From a virus, in the IMG/VR virus record IMGVR_UViG_3300043775_001834, positions 13,587-77,586 of that record: a stretch of 64,000 bases of DNA. One strand, written 5' to 3'. The position numbers and the translations under genes were made by a program. The notes under the pieces are model-generated. The model was not told the origin of the DNA, made no database searches, and was given only the letters and a program-made list of their open reading frames with translations. How positions within the stretch are numbered: the stretch's first letter is position 1; every line of letters begins with the position of its first letter. Below, piece by piece: positions 9,663 through 20,158 of the stretch.

Positions 9663-9984
9663 AGATTCGATAAAAATAAAGTATTTGATGGGGTCATTTC
9701 GTGATGACCCTCAATACCCTTCTCAAGAAGATTTTGAGTACCTAATACTTAATTGGTATTTCAATGAAGGTGGTAAAGATTTTATGGAATATCGTAGAAT
9801 CGACGAAACCCAAACTACAAATCCAGTTTTCACTGGTTCAATTCTTACCGAAAAACTTAATGGAGATGAAAAATTATCTAAATCCCTTATTGAAACTCTA
9901 ATCGCTGAAGGTGTAATTCAAGTCCTCAAAGAAACTCGGTTTACTTCATACTACGAAATATTAAAAACCAAAATGCCTATTTAG
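9649..9984 (+). CDS. Hypothetical protein
   Basis: ORF overlapping the uvsX stop; operon position. Confidence 0.6.
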   Translation: MTMNKDSIKIKYLMGSFRDDPQYPSQEDFEYLILNWYFNEGGKDFMEYRRIDETQTTNPVFTGSILTEKLNGDEKLSKSLIETLIAEGVIQVLKETRFTSYYEILKTKMPI

Positions 9985-10002
9985 GCATATTAAATAAAAA
10001 CT

Positions 10003-11301
10003 ATGATTGGAGCAACTGAATTTGAAAAGGTCTTCTATCTTTACACACTACAAAATCCTAAATATCTAAGAAACATTAGTGAAGCATTTTATGAAAATGA
10101 CCAAATAGGTACATTACATACAATTACTAAACAATTCTATGATAGATTTAATCAAGTTCCTTCACAAGAACAATTACAAATTGTAGCAAAGCAAGATAAA
10201 TTTAAAGACGACGTTACAGAATCTATTATTAATTTAATATTTGATGAACCTATAGCTTCATACGATCAAGAATGGGTTGAAGAAACCTGTCAATCTTGGA
10301 TTTTGTGGAAATCTTTAGATAAATCATTAATTGATACTTTAGAATATGTAAAAACAGTTAAAGTTAATCCAAACAATGTTAAGGAAATAATTCAAAAGGT
10401 TAAAACCTTGATTAATGAGAGAAACAACATCACATTTAATCAAGACTTAGGTAAGAATTTCTTTGAAGCAGCTTCTCACATACCTGAAGCAAATTCAAAA
10501 ATTACTACATGTCATAATTGGATTGACCAATATACTGGTGGTTATCGTACAAAATCGCTTGTAATTTATGCAGGTGAACAAAACATTGGTAAATCTATAT
10601 GGTTAGCTAATGATGCAGTAAATTATGTTAAAGCCGGTTATGATGTTGCGGTAATTACTGCTGAAATGGCAGACATTGATTTTATTCATCGTATTGGTTC
10701 GAATTTACTTAATGTAAAAGTTTCTGAATATGAAAAATTATCAAAACAACCTAATTTCATTAAAGGCAGATTATCAAATTTAACGAATGGTGTGATTCCG
10801 CCAGGAAATCTTTTTGTTAAAGAATATCCAACTTCGCAAGCAACGGTTCCAGATATTGAAACTTACTTAAAGTAATTAGAAACAGTTAATGGAATAAAAT
10901 TAAAGGCGATTATTATTGACTATATCAATATTCTTGCAAATTACAGAAATCCAAATACCGAGAATACCTACATGAAAATCAAACAAATTGCTGAAGATTT
11001 AAGAGCAATGGCTGTAAGAAATGATTGGATAGTTATATCAGCAACGCAAATCAATAGAGGCGGTTATGATTCAACGGAAATCTCTCTAGGAAATATTGCA
11101 GAATCAGCAGGCCTTTCTCATACTGCCGATATCATTTATGGTATCATTCAAGATTCATCGATGCACATTAGTAATGAATATTGGTTGAAGCTATTGAAAG
11201 TGAGAAACGGATCAGGTAAAAACAGTCGATGCAGGTACAATATAGATTATTCATATATGAGACTTCTAGAAACTACCGACATCATAAACACATCAATTTA
11301 A
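10003..11301 (+). pseudogene. gp41: DnaB-like replicative helicase (gp41) interrupted by a single in-frame TAA at 10873-10875
   Basis: Walker A GEQNIGKS and TAEM in 10003-10875; the same frame continues after TAA as LETVNGIKLKAIIIDYINIL (Walker B) and joins ORF 10972-11301 (SATQINR, AESAGL, KVRNG). Confidence 0.9.
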
Positions 11302-11302
11302 T

Positions 11303-11773
11303 ATGATAAATCCAGAAGAAGTAATTCCGGATGAATTCGAGAACGACGGTCACAAAAAAGACAAGATATTTGATAATTCATACGATGAAATAGAGATCGA
11401 TACATCGGAAATCAATTTTGCAGTAGATCCAGCATATCAACCTAAAACTTATGAATATACTATCGACGAGAAAATGATTCTCGAAAAGGTAGAAGAAGTT
11501 TTATCGGAAGAAACTAAATTTTCAAAGTTTCAAATACCTGATGAATTAGGAAATTACAGAAAAATGCACAAAAGTGACATAAACGAAATTTATCTTTATG
11601 TTACCACTAAATTACCAAATGAACCCCGAATTGAAATATTCTCTATTGTATCTTCAATGTTTGATATAAATTCCGAGAAATTTTACGATTCATTATCAAA
11701 CTCATTTAAAACTGAATTGATAACTGAATTAAGAGGTAGAGGTTATTTAAAAGATAGAAACACATTATTTTAG
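11303..11773 (+). CDS. Possible late-transcription coactivator (gp33-like)
   Basis: C-terminal SLSNSFKTELITELRGRGYLKDRNTLF resembles the gp33 pattern; weak. Confidence 0.4.
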   Translation: MINPEEVIPDEFENDGHKKDKIFDNSYDEIEIDTSEINFAVDPAYQPKTYEYTIDEKMILEKVEEVLSEETKFSKFQIPDELGNYRKMHKSDINEIYLYVTTKLPNEPRIEIFSIVSSMFDINSEKFYDSLSNSFKTELITELRGRGYLKDRNTLF

Positions 11774-11776
11774 AAT

Positions 11777-12868
11777 ATGGAGATTAAAGCTAAAAGAGCA
11801 TTTATTATATCCGATACTCATTTAGGAGCTCGTTCGAATTCGGTCGAGTGGCTAGAAGTAATGCGTGACTGGTTCTATTCAGATTTTTTACCTAGAGTAG
11901 AGAAGGAATATCGACCTGGAGATATTCTTATTCATTGTGGTGATGTTTTTGACAATCGACAATCGGTTAACTTATTAGTACTCCATGAAGGCATTAGATT
12001 GTTTGAAGAATTTTCAAGAATCTTTGCTGATGGAGTATATGTTATTGCCGGTAATCATGACGTAATGAGAAAAACAACAAATGATGTTTCATCTTTAGAT
12101 TCTCTAAAATACATTCCACGAATCAATATTATTAAGGAACCAGTAATTGCAGAAATTGGTGAAGTTAAAGCACTTTTTATGCCATGGAGAACTAATGATG
12201 AAGAAGAACGAGAATGCATCAAATCATATAATGTTCATGAATTGCAATATTTATTCTGTCACACAAATATCCGAAATTTAAAGTTTGACAATAATCGAGA
12301 TGTCGAAGAAGGCTTAAATATTTCTGAATTAAATGAATTTAAGCGAGTATATTCAGGACATATCCATTGGGGTCAATCCAGAAGAAACGTTACAATGGTT
12401 GGTAATCCATATCAAATGACTCGTTCAGATGCCGGAAACAAAAAAGGATTTTATATCTTAGATTTTGAAAATGCAGAAGAAACTTTCTGTGAAAATGAAT
12501 ATTCGCCTAAATTTGTTAGAGTATATTTGAATAAATTCTTAGATAAAACTACTAAGGAATTAGAAGATATATGTAGAAATAATAGAGTAGATTTGTATGT
12601 TCCTTCGAGTTTTTTAATTAAATATCAAATCAATCCTATCATCGATATTTTAAGTTTGATAACTAAAAAATTAGAAGTAATTCCATTTGAAGATGATTTG
12701 ACATCAGACTTAGATTTATCCGACGAAGTTGAACAATCATATAATATCTATGGTTTATGTGAAAGATATGTGAAAAATATATCTACCTTAGATGATACTA
12801 CAAAAGAAAGAGTTTTGACAAAAATCAACACTTTATACACAAACGTAATAAAAGAAACACGAGATTAA
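11777..12868 (+). CDS. gp47: Mre11/SbcD-like recombination nuclease (gp47)
   Basis: SDTHLG, GDVFD, GNHD, CHT, SGHIH. Confidence 0.94.
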   Translation: MEIKAKRAFIISDTHLGARSNSVEWLEVMRDWFYSDFLPRVEKEYRPGDILIHCGDVFDNRQSVNLLVLHEGIRLFEEFSRIFADGVYVIAGNHDVMRKTTNDVSSLDSLKYIPRINIIKEPVIAEIGEVKALFMPWRTNDEEERECIKSYNVHELQYLFCHTNIRNLKFDNNRDVEEGLNISELNEFKRVYSGHIHWGQSRRNVTMVGNPYQMTRSDAGNKKGFYILDFENAEETFCENEYSPKFVRVYLNKFLDKTTKELEDICRNNRVDLYVPSSFLIKYQINPIIDILSLITKKLEVIPFEDDLTSDLDLSDEVEQSYNIYGLCERYVKNISTLDDTTKERVLTKINTLYTNVIKETRD

Positions 12869-14538
12869 TGAGAATCGAATCAATATCTTTTAAGAATTTC
12901 AATTCATACGGCAATCAATTACAACATATTGAATTTGCTGAAACCCGAGGAGATTTATATCTCCTTTTAGGTGGTAATGGCCATGGAAAATCAACGATAG
13001 CTGAAGTAATTACTTTTGCTCTATATGGTAGAATCGAAAAGAAAAACAAATCGGATTTACCAAATCGTATCAATAAAAATCTTTGGTGTAAGATAGTTCT
13101 TCGATGCAAAAATAAAAAAGTAGAAATCAGTAGAGGAGTTTCTCCTGGTTTATTTGAAGTACTTATTGATGGTCTACCATATGAGACTGCAGGTAATTCA
13201 AATGTACAAGATTATTTAGAACTTGAAATGTTTGACATACCATATCAGGTCTTTAAAAATATTATTGTATTGTCCATTAACGATTTTAGATCGTTCCTTA
13301 CGATGTCACCTGGAGACAAGAGAAACATCATCGATAGGCTCTTTGGCTTCACTTTAATTAATCAAATGAAAGATTCCGTAAGAAATGAGCGTAAAGAAAT
13401 CCGAGAGCAAGTAAAAACTTTACAAGATGAATTAGGCGTTATTGAAGACGGAATTGAGTCTATCAATGAAAAAATCAAAAATCTAGAAGAAACTAAGAAA
13501 GAAGATAAAACTAAATTAGCTCAAGAATTTAGAGATAAAATTGTTGAATTGATAGAGTCTAAAAAGAAAATTGAAGAAAATCTTACAAAATTAAAGGCAG
13601 CCGAAAAGAGCATATCGAAAGTATTTGATGAAAAGAAAACCGAATTTGGTGCTTTAGGATATGAATTAAAATCTATCGACGAAAAAATAAACCTGTATGA
13701 AAATTCTCAATGTCCTACTTGCGGTTCGTCTTTTGATACTGCCGATCATATTCATACCCAAGAACTTTTATCAGAAAGCAAATCAGCTAAGAAAACAGAA
13801 TTTGAAATACTAAAAGCTGACCTCACCGAAAGTAAAACTAAAATAGATTCAGTAAAAGAGAAAGTAAAAGAAATGGATTCTAGTATGACTAGAATAGGTA
13901 TGTTAGTTAATCAATACAAGAGAGAAGTAGAAAAAGCAGTAACCGAAAGTAAAGAATTAGATTCAGAATATCTTCAACAATTGGTAGTTGAAAATGTTAC
14001 AAAAAGAGAAGATAAAAGAAAATCTCATTCGGCTAAATCAATGGAAGATAATTTCCTAGAAACAGTAGAAGCTGTACTCGGTGAAGACGGAGTTAAGAAT
14101 TTAGCAATGAAGACTATCTTACCTTCATTGAATCAAAACATCTCAAATATGAGTAAACAAATGCATTTACCATATTCGGTTAAATTTAATGACAAATTTG
14201 ATTGTGTAATAAATGCATTAGGCGAAGAGATTAATCCTCGAAGTATGTCAACCGGTGAAAGAAAGAAAGCAGATTTTATCATCATTATTGCTTTGTTAAA
14301 AATCCTTAAGATTAGATATCCTTCATTAAATATTCTTTTTTTAGATGAGATTTTCTCTTCGGTAGATTCTGCCGGTGTTTATGAGATTGTTAAAATCCTA
14401 AACGAAGTATCAAAAGAAAATAATCTGAACACTTGGGTAATTAATCATACGGAATTACCTATGGAGCTTTTTGATAAAAAGGTAGAAGCAATTAAAGAAG
14501 GTGGATTCTCAAAACTTATCATAGAAAACATCACATAA
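12868..14538 (+). CDS. gp46: Rad50/SbcC-like ATPase (gp46)
   Basis: GGNGHGKST, coiled coil with CPTC zinc hook, MSTGE signature, LFLDE. Confidence 0.95.
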   Translation: MRIESISFKNFNSYGNQLQHIEFAETRGDLYLLLGGNGHGKSTIAEVITFALYGRIEKKNKSDLPNRINKNLWCKIVLRCKNKKVEISRGVSPGLFEVLIDGLPYETAGNSNVQDYLELEMFDIPYQVFKNIIVLSINDFRSFLTMSPGDKRNIIDRLFGFTLINQMKDSVRNERKEIREQVKTLQDELGVIEDGIESINEKIKNLEETKKEDKTKLAQEFRDKIVELIESKKKIEENLTKLKAAEKSISKVFDEKKTEFGALGYELKSIDEKINLYENSQCPTCGSSFDTADHIHTQELLSESKSAKKTEFEILKADLTESKTKIDSVKEKVKEMDSSMTRIGMLVNQYKREVEKAVTESKELDSEYLQQLVVENVTKREDKRKSHSAKSMEDNFLETVEAVLGEDGVKNLAMKTILPSLNQNISNMSKQMHLPYSVKFNDKFDCVINALGEEINPRSMSTGERKKADFIIIIALLKILKIRYPSLNILFLDEIFSSVDSAGVYEIVKILNEVSKENNLNTWVINHTELPMELFDKKVEAIKEGGFSKLIIENIT

Positions 14539-14572
14539 GAAAGGTGGATATATACTAAAATAAATCCAATAA

Positions 14573-15778
14573 GTGTCAGCATACGATTTACATTTTAATA
14601 AAGATAATGTCGCTCTACGTAACATTATAGTAGGAAGCTTAGCTACCCTATCAAATCATATAGGGTGGAATAATCAAATAGGAACCTCAATCGAAAAAAA
14701 AGTTCCTATTAAGGTTCCTTTTTATTTTAGCACAACTGGATCAGAAAGATATTTAAACGACAATTTCCTTAATAATATAGATTTCGACCCTCAACTTTTA
14801 CAAGCTGAATCATTTTATAATCAAATTCCCAGAGGGATTGTAGATTTCTCTTCATTTTCTATTGAAACTCAGGCCATTACTAACAAATATGTTAGAATGG
14901 ACCATATTGTACAAGAGGATAATGGAACGTTAAATCAATACAATTCAGAAGCCTTTATGGTTCCTATTTTGATGTCTTTAAAAATTGAAATTTATGTAGA
15001 TTCAATTTTAGATCAGCTTAAATGTTCAGAAGCAATTATTAGAACTTTCTATAAAGCAAAATCTTATAATGTAGATATCGGTTACACTAGAATTCCATGT
15101 CTTATGTTATTTCCTGATGAATTAACTCAAGAACGAGCAGTTGAATTTTCATTTACTGATAAAAAAGAATTCAAAATTATTTTTGATATCGACATTAAAT
15201 CATATATTCCAGTATTCAAAGATGGAACTATGATATTTGCTGGTAATAATATGGGCAATATTCAATCAAATATTTCAGTTTCTAGTGATATTCAAGTCTC
15301 TACTTCGTTAACGACAAACGATCCAGGAAAAAGAATTACTGATAATGCTATATCATCAAATAGTAGCTCAGTTGGTGAAATGAGTGGTATAAATTCCGAC
15401 CCTAATACTAACAGTTATATTGGGCAATCTGGATATAATTGGAAAGGAGTTTGGACCCCTGGTGCTACATACTCATCTACAACTACAATTCCGTTAGGAA
15501 CTCCTACTCCAAACGGTTTACCTACACCAGGACAAACTATCGGCGAAGGAGTAGAGATCGGAGTAATTGTAGGAGACTTGGTAGTTTATGATGGAGTATC
15601 ATACAATTGTATTTCTGATATAACCGACGTAACTGATCCGGTAATTGCAGCATTACCACCGTCTTTAAATCCTACTTATTGGAGTCCTTACGTTGCTCCA
15701 GTAACCCCATATAATAGACCATTAGGACCAATTCCTTCATGGCCAACCGGTGAAGACCCGTCAGTCACAAACACCTAA
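14573..15778 (+). CDS. Tail terminator / sheath stabilizer (gp15-like) with C-terminal CBM5/12-like extension
   Basis: IKVPF and IPR motifs of gp15-like proteins; C-terminal WKGVW...GDLVVYDGVSYNC...P...YW; late promoter at 14547; GTG start. Confidence 0.6.
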   Translation: MSAYDLHFNKDNVALRNIIVGSLATLSNHIGWNNQIGTSIEKKVPIKVPFYFSTTGSERYLNDNFLNNIDFDPQLLQAESFYNQIPRGIVDFSSFSIETQAITNKYVRMDHIVQEDNGTLNQYNSEAFMVPILMSLKIEIYVDSILDQLKCSEAIIRTFYKAKSYNVDIGYTRIPCLMLFPDELTQERAVEFSFTDKKEFKIIFDIDIKSYIPVFKDGTMIFAGNNMGNIQSNISVSSDIQVSTSLTTNDPGKRITDNAISSNSSSVGEMSGINSDPNTNSYIGQSGYNWKGVWTPGATYSSTTTIPLGTPTPNGLPTPGQTIGEGVEIGVIVGDLVVYDGVSYNCISDITDVTDPVIAALPPSLNPTYWSPYVAPVTPYNRPLGPIPSWPTGEDPSVTNT

Positions 15779-15822
15779 CTAACATATTAACTAAGATATA
15801 TAAATAAAAATTTAGTCTATCA

Positions 15823-16821
15823 ATGTCAAACATTAAATCATACGAGCAATTCGTAAATGAGAATCTATTCGGTCAATATTCATATTACGGAGCCGGTTCT
15901 TTATTTCCTATTGTTCAAAAACTAGCATCTGAAGGAAAAAATCCTGAACAGATATACCTTTTCTTGACTACAATAGGAGTTGATGAAGAGAGAAAAATAA
16001 GCGTACTTAAAAAAGTATTCTTAAACGAATCAATAGACGCTAATACATTAAGTGAAGCATCTAGAAGTAAATTCAAAGGAAAAACTGCACATGACCTTTA
16101 TACTCAAATGAATGGAAAAACATTTGAAGTTTTTATTAAAAATGATTGGTATAGCGTAGATCCAGAAGAATTAAAAGGTGAAAAGGGAACTTCATTTACC
16201 GGATATACTAGAGATGGATCAGATTATGGATTCGATGTTAAAGATATAGATTTTATTCAAGAATCTAAAGAAGTTAGCGAAGGTGGTCTTTATGAAGAAG
16301 ACGATATCCTTAAAGCTGATACGAAAGATTTAGCAAAAGGAATTGCACCTGATAAAGCTAAAGCCGACGATGAAGTAAAAGATGCAATCGACAAATTAAA
16401 AAATGACGATAAAGAAAAGAAAGCTACAGAAGAAAAACCAGAGAGTGAAGTTCCTGATGAAACTGCAAAAATCGAAGCTTTAAAAGATGCTTTAAAGGAT
16501 GCTCAGAAAATGGAAAAAATCAAAAAGATTCTTTCTGAATCTATGGGTTTTGATATGACTGGTCTTGAAGATGAAGTTCTAGAATCTGTTTTAGAATATC
16601 ATAAAGTTCTTGAGAAATTATCTCAAACCGAAAGAGATAAATTGAAACCTACGGATTTTGTATTTCCTGATCGTAAATCCTGGCCAATACATGATGAGAA
16701 ACATGCAAAAACTGCATTAGTTTGGGCTACATGGCCACAATATGCAGACTTGAAAAAACAAGTAGTTGCATCGGTTTTAAAAAGATATCCTAACCTTAAA
16801 GACGTAGGAGCTGCTAAATAA
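15823..16821 (+). CDS. Putative internal head protein (targeting motif; C-terminal domain resembling DUF6582)
   Basis: Starts MSNIKSYEQFVNE; C-terminal LSQTERDKLKPTDFVFPDRKSWPIHDEKHA. Confidence 0.6.
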   Translation: MSNIKSYEQFVNENLFGQYSYYGAGSLFPIVQKLASEGKNPEQIYLFLTTIGVDEERKISVLKKVFLNESIDANTLSEASRSKFKGKTAHDLYTQMNGKTFEVFIKNDWYSVDPEELKGEKGTSFTGYTRDGSDYGFDVKDIDFIQESKEVSEGGLYEEDDILKADTKDLAKGIAPDKAKADDEVKDAIDKLKNDDKEKKATEEKPESEVPDETAKIEALKDALKDAQKMEKIKKILSESMGFDMTGLEDEVLESVLEYHKVLEKLSQTERDKLKPTDFVFPDRKSWPIHDEKHAKTALVWATWPQYADLKKQVVASVLKRYPNLKDVGAAK

Positions 16822-16830
16822 TATAACGAT

Positions 16831-17163
16831 ATGAACACAATATTAAGTTTTAAAGAATTTATTAATGAAGCCGATGAAGTATCGGTTGATAAAATTTTAA
16901 CATCTGCCGAAAAGAAAAAACTTAAAAACGCTTTTGAATCCGTTATAACCGGAGTAGATAAATTAACATTTAAAAAAGATGGTACTATCGTAGGTAAACG
17001 AGGATATTTTTACAGACATGGTCAATCACCTCAAAGTGTTGCGGATAAATTAAAAGGAGCTTTAAGCAGTCAAGGAATTGAAATACAAATTGTTGATTCA
17101 TATGATGATTTTAAACCTTGGCCTAAAGATAGTAACTTTGTAGTTGTATTTAAAATAATATAA
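16831..17163 (+). CDS. Putative internal head protein
   Basis: Starts MNTILSFKEFINEA. Confidence 0.6.
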   Translation: MNTILSFKEFINEADEVSVDKILTSAEKKKLKNAFESVITGVDKLTFKKDGTIVGKRGYFYRHGQSPQSVADKLKGALSSQGIEIQIVDSYDDFKPWPKDSNFVVVFKII

Positions 17164-17166
17164 AAC

Positions 17167-17844
17167 ATGAATAATTTACCTTCATATGAAGATTTCATCT
17201 TAGAGTCATTAATCCTTGAAGCTACTCAAAAAGACTTACAAAGAATTAACGATATCGTTACAAAATCAAAAGGCGATGAATCTAAAATGTTAATGTTAGC
17301 TAACACTATGTGTAAGTTAATTACTGATAAAAATAAAGCATTTGATAGAGGAGTTGCTGCCGATCAAATACTTGGATCTGGACATCCGGTAACAAAAGTA
17401 TTTTTCGATAGAGCTGCTGGATTAGGAATGGATGTTGATAAATCAATGAATTCTGTTCATGTCTTACCCGGTTCAAAAAGACCTTCATCTGAACAATTCA
17501 AAACTTCTAGACAATTTACTGGAGGTTATAGAGGTGGTGGTTGTGCTATTTTACCGTGTGGTAGTTTAAATCTTACTTCTGGTGAAAATAAATATTTCAA
17601 CGTTAAAACTAACGGTTCTTCTACTATTGAAGTTTGGAAAACTAATGGTGATGAAAAATATAGAGCAGTAATCACAGCTGGTTCTAATCCATTATGGCAA
17701 ATAGGAACTCAAGGACATTTCAGTCACGATCAAACCGGAAGACCGTTATTTACTGGTACTATGGTAGATTACATTGAATCTGCACACATGGAAGCATTAA
17801 TACCTCTTTATGGTAAATCTATTACATGTGCTGTGTATAAATAA
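17167..17844 (+). CDS. Putative internal head protein
   Basis: Starts MNNLPSYEDFILESLILEA. Confidence 0.6.
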   Translation: MNNLPSYEDFILESLILEATQKDLQRINDIVTKSKGDESKMLMLANTMCKLITDKNKAFDRGVAADQILGSGHPVTKVFFDRAAGLGMDVDKSMNSVHVLPGSKRPSSEQFKTSRQFTGGYRGGGCAILPCGSLNLTSGENKYFNVKTNGSSTIEVWKTNGDEKYRAVITAGSNPLWQIGTQGHFSHDQTGRPLFTGTMVDYIESAHMEALIPLYGKSITCAVYK

Positions 17845-17871
17845 TAAAATACAAAAAAACCAATATAAAAC

Positions 17872-19536
17872 ATGTCAAAATTAAAAACTACTTTTGATTC
17901 TGCATCTCTTAAAGCTAAATTCTCTGAATTACTTGAAAGTATCGACAGAAACAATACATCGAAATTGATTGTCGAAAGACACTATGGTAACATAGCTTCA
18001 TTAGAAATTGCTGAAGGTTCTGTTTCTGCTAAAGATGCTTATGCTGAATTAATCGGTAAAGGTGTTGAACAAAACAGAGCTAAACATATTGCTACCGCTT
18101 CAACTTTATCAGAAGCTAAAACTCAAATCGCAGATTCTTATCTTTTAGGTAGAATAGCTATTCTTGAGTCAGCAATCAAAGAATTGAATGCTTATTCTTG
18201 GATGCCACAAATTAAAACTTTCATCACAGAAGGACAAGAATTTATCAAAGCTAATCAAATTTATATTCTTATTGAATCTATAATTAGAGACTTAGAATTA
18301 GATAGAAACAAAGCTTATTACACAAAAGCTATTAATTCTCTTAGAGAAGCTTCTAATGCTGAAAATCCTACATTTGCAGTAATTGAAGGTTTAGAAACAG
18401 AAGTTTGGATTCCTATCGTTAAAAGACTTTACGAGTATTGTTCAGCTCAAAAAGGAGAAGTTAATGGACAAAATCCTAACTTTAAAGTTCAAAAAATATA
18501 TTCACCAATCGAAACTATTGATGAAAATACTTTTGCTTTTTATTCTTCAGGTAAATTCTTAGAAATTAAAGGAAACACAATTTCAGAATCAGCTTTTACT
18601 GGTAATAACGATTTCAATTCTTTAGTTAAGATTACTGAATCTTCTAAATTTGGAGATAATCAAATGAGAATGTACCCTAATCCTAATTCAGTATTAGATA
18701 TCACATTTGGTGAACAACCTAAAGTTACACTCAATGGTAAACTTGTTGAATCTACTTCACTTGCTACTCAATTAGTTACTTCTGGCTTCGTTAGATTTAA
18801 TGAACAAGATAAACTTGCTCTTATTCAAAGAGCAGTAAATGAAGGTTCTAAAGTTAAAGAACTTGATTTCGGTTATAAAGTAATTTCTTCAGTTTTTGAA
18901 GGTCTTTCAGTTTCTATATTCAATGTTGAGGATAGAGTATTTGTACAAAAGATAAACAAAGGAATGAAAGAAAATTCTCTTGTTGAAGCTTCTTCGGCTA
19001 ATGAAGCAGTTGAAATGGTAAAAGATTTTATGAATTATGATATAACTGAATCGTTATCTCATTTAGTTGAAAATGAAAAAGCTGAAATTTCTAGAAAAAA
19101 TGCTGAACTTGGAAAAGTTGAAAGTAGAATCAAATTTATCATCGAAAAACTTGCTGATATAGATGCTGCGGAAAGAACTTTAGGAAAATCAGAATTTATC
19201 GATCAAGCAAAACAATTGCTAGAATCTCAAATTAAAGAACAAAACGTAATTCTTGCCAAATTAAAAGGTGAGGTTGTTGAAGGCGTTGAAACTCCTTTCT
19301 TACCTAAAGCTGGTGAAACCGCAGTTCCTGGAACAATTCCAGTACAATCAGTTGCAGATTTAGTTGCAGGTAAAGAATATACAATTAAAGGTGCTGCAGG
19401 TTACATATTTGTAGGTGATGCTGATGGAGCTTATATATTCAATCAGAAAAATCTTGAAACTAACTCACAACCTTTGCATATGACTGAGATAGAGGTGCTT
19501 GCCGCAATTAAAAACGGCGAAATCACTTGCTGTTAA
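17872..19536 (+). CDS. Large hypothetical virion/prohead-core protein
   Basis: TATAAATA at 17836; many (L/I)xE(S/A/G) putative protease sites; coiled coil; C-terminal module shared with 20718-21074. Confidence 0.55.
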   Translation: MSKLKTTFDSASLKAKFSELLESIDRNNTSKLIVERHYGNIASLEIAEGSVSAKDAYAELIGKGVEQNRAKHIATASTLSEAKTQIADSYLLGRIAILESAIKELNAYSWMPQIKTFITEGQEFIKANQIYILIESIIRDLELDRNKAYYTKAINSLREASNAENPTFAVIEGLETEVWIPIVKRLYEYCSAQKGEVNGQNPNFKVQKIYSPIETIDENTFAFYSSGKFLEIKGNTISESAFTGNNDFNSLVKITESSKFGDNQMRMYPNPNSVLDITFGEQPKVTLNGKLVESTSLATQLVTSGFVRFNEQDKLALIQRAVNEGSKVKELDFGYKVISSVFEGLSVSIFNVEDRVFVQKINKGMKENSLVEASSANEAVEMVKDFMNYDITESLSHLVENEKAEISRKNAELGKVESRIKFIIEKLADIDAAERTLGKSEFIDQAKQLLESQIKEQNVILAKLKGEVVEGVETPFLPKAGETAVPGTIPVQSVADLVAGKEYTIKGAAGYIFVGDADGAYIFNQKNLETNSQPLHMTEIEVLAAIKNGEITCC

Positions 19537-19551
19537 AAACAAATTTCAATT

Positions 19552-19773
19552 ATGAAACTATCCACATTTGATGAATGGTTAAATGAATCGAAATCAGATG
19601 AATTTGTAAATGCTACACTAACATCTCCTTTTAAAATGATTAAAAAAGGAGATGTAGTTAAAGTAAATGCTTTACAATACACTAAGAGTGGAGATTCTGA
19701 TAAAATAGAAATCATTTTGCCTAATGGGAAATCTGAATTAATAGATAAAAAGTTTTTAGTAGTTAAATTCTAA
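19552..19773 (+). CDS. Putative internal head protein (small, SH3-like)
   Basis: Starts MKLSTFDEWLNES. Confidence 0.55.
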   Translation: MKLSTFDEWLNESKSDEFVNATLTSPFKMIKKGDVVKVNALQYTKSGDSDKIEIILPNGKSELIDKKFLVVKF

Positions 19774-19785
19774 AACCTCAAATCA

Positions 19786-20145
19786 ATGTCAATTTACGTA
19801 AAACCAAAAGAACTCTACGAGGAAATATGCATTTCCTTAAAACAAGAAAAATTAACCAAGAAGGCAGAAGAAATGCTTATCTTAATTGCATATCGAGCTA
19901 ATACGAGATTAACGTATGAAGATCCGATGGACCGAGAAGATTGTATAGCTTTTGCCCTTTTGGATTTGTTTAAATACTGGAAATCATTTAAGCCAGAAAA
20001 AACTAAAAACGCATTTTCCTATTTTACTCAAATAGCTAAAAATGGATATGCTAAAGGATGGAATAAATTACATCCAGGAAAATACAAAGGAACTATATCT
20101 CTAAGTGGAGGTAATGGTGATTCCGAAGGTATTTATTCCGTTTAA
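19786..20145 (+). CDS. gp55: Late-transcription sigma factor (gp55-like, compact)
   Basis: YVKPKELY, DREDCI, F.PEK.KNAFSYFTQIA match gp55 motifs. Confidence 0.85.
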   Translation: MSIYVKPKELYEEICISLKQEKLTKKAEEMLILIAYRANTRLTYEDPMDREDCIAFALLDLFKYWKSFKPEKTKNAFSYFTQIAKNGYAKGWNKLHPGKYKGTISLSGGNGDSEGIYSV

Positions 20146-20158
20146 AATAACAACCGCG

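Noticed and set aside
10873-10875. Genome-wide stop-codon reassignment as in Lak or some crAss-like phages
   Set aside because: TAA ends most genes and TAG correctly ends nrdA, gp2, gp44 and fpg; only one gene is interrupted
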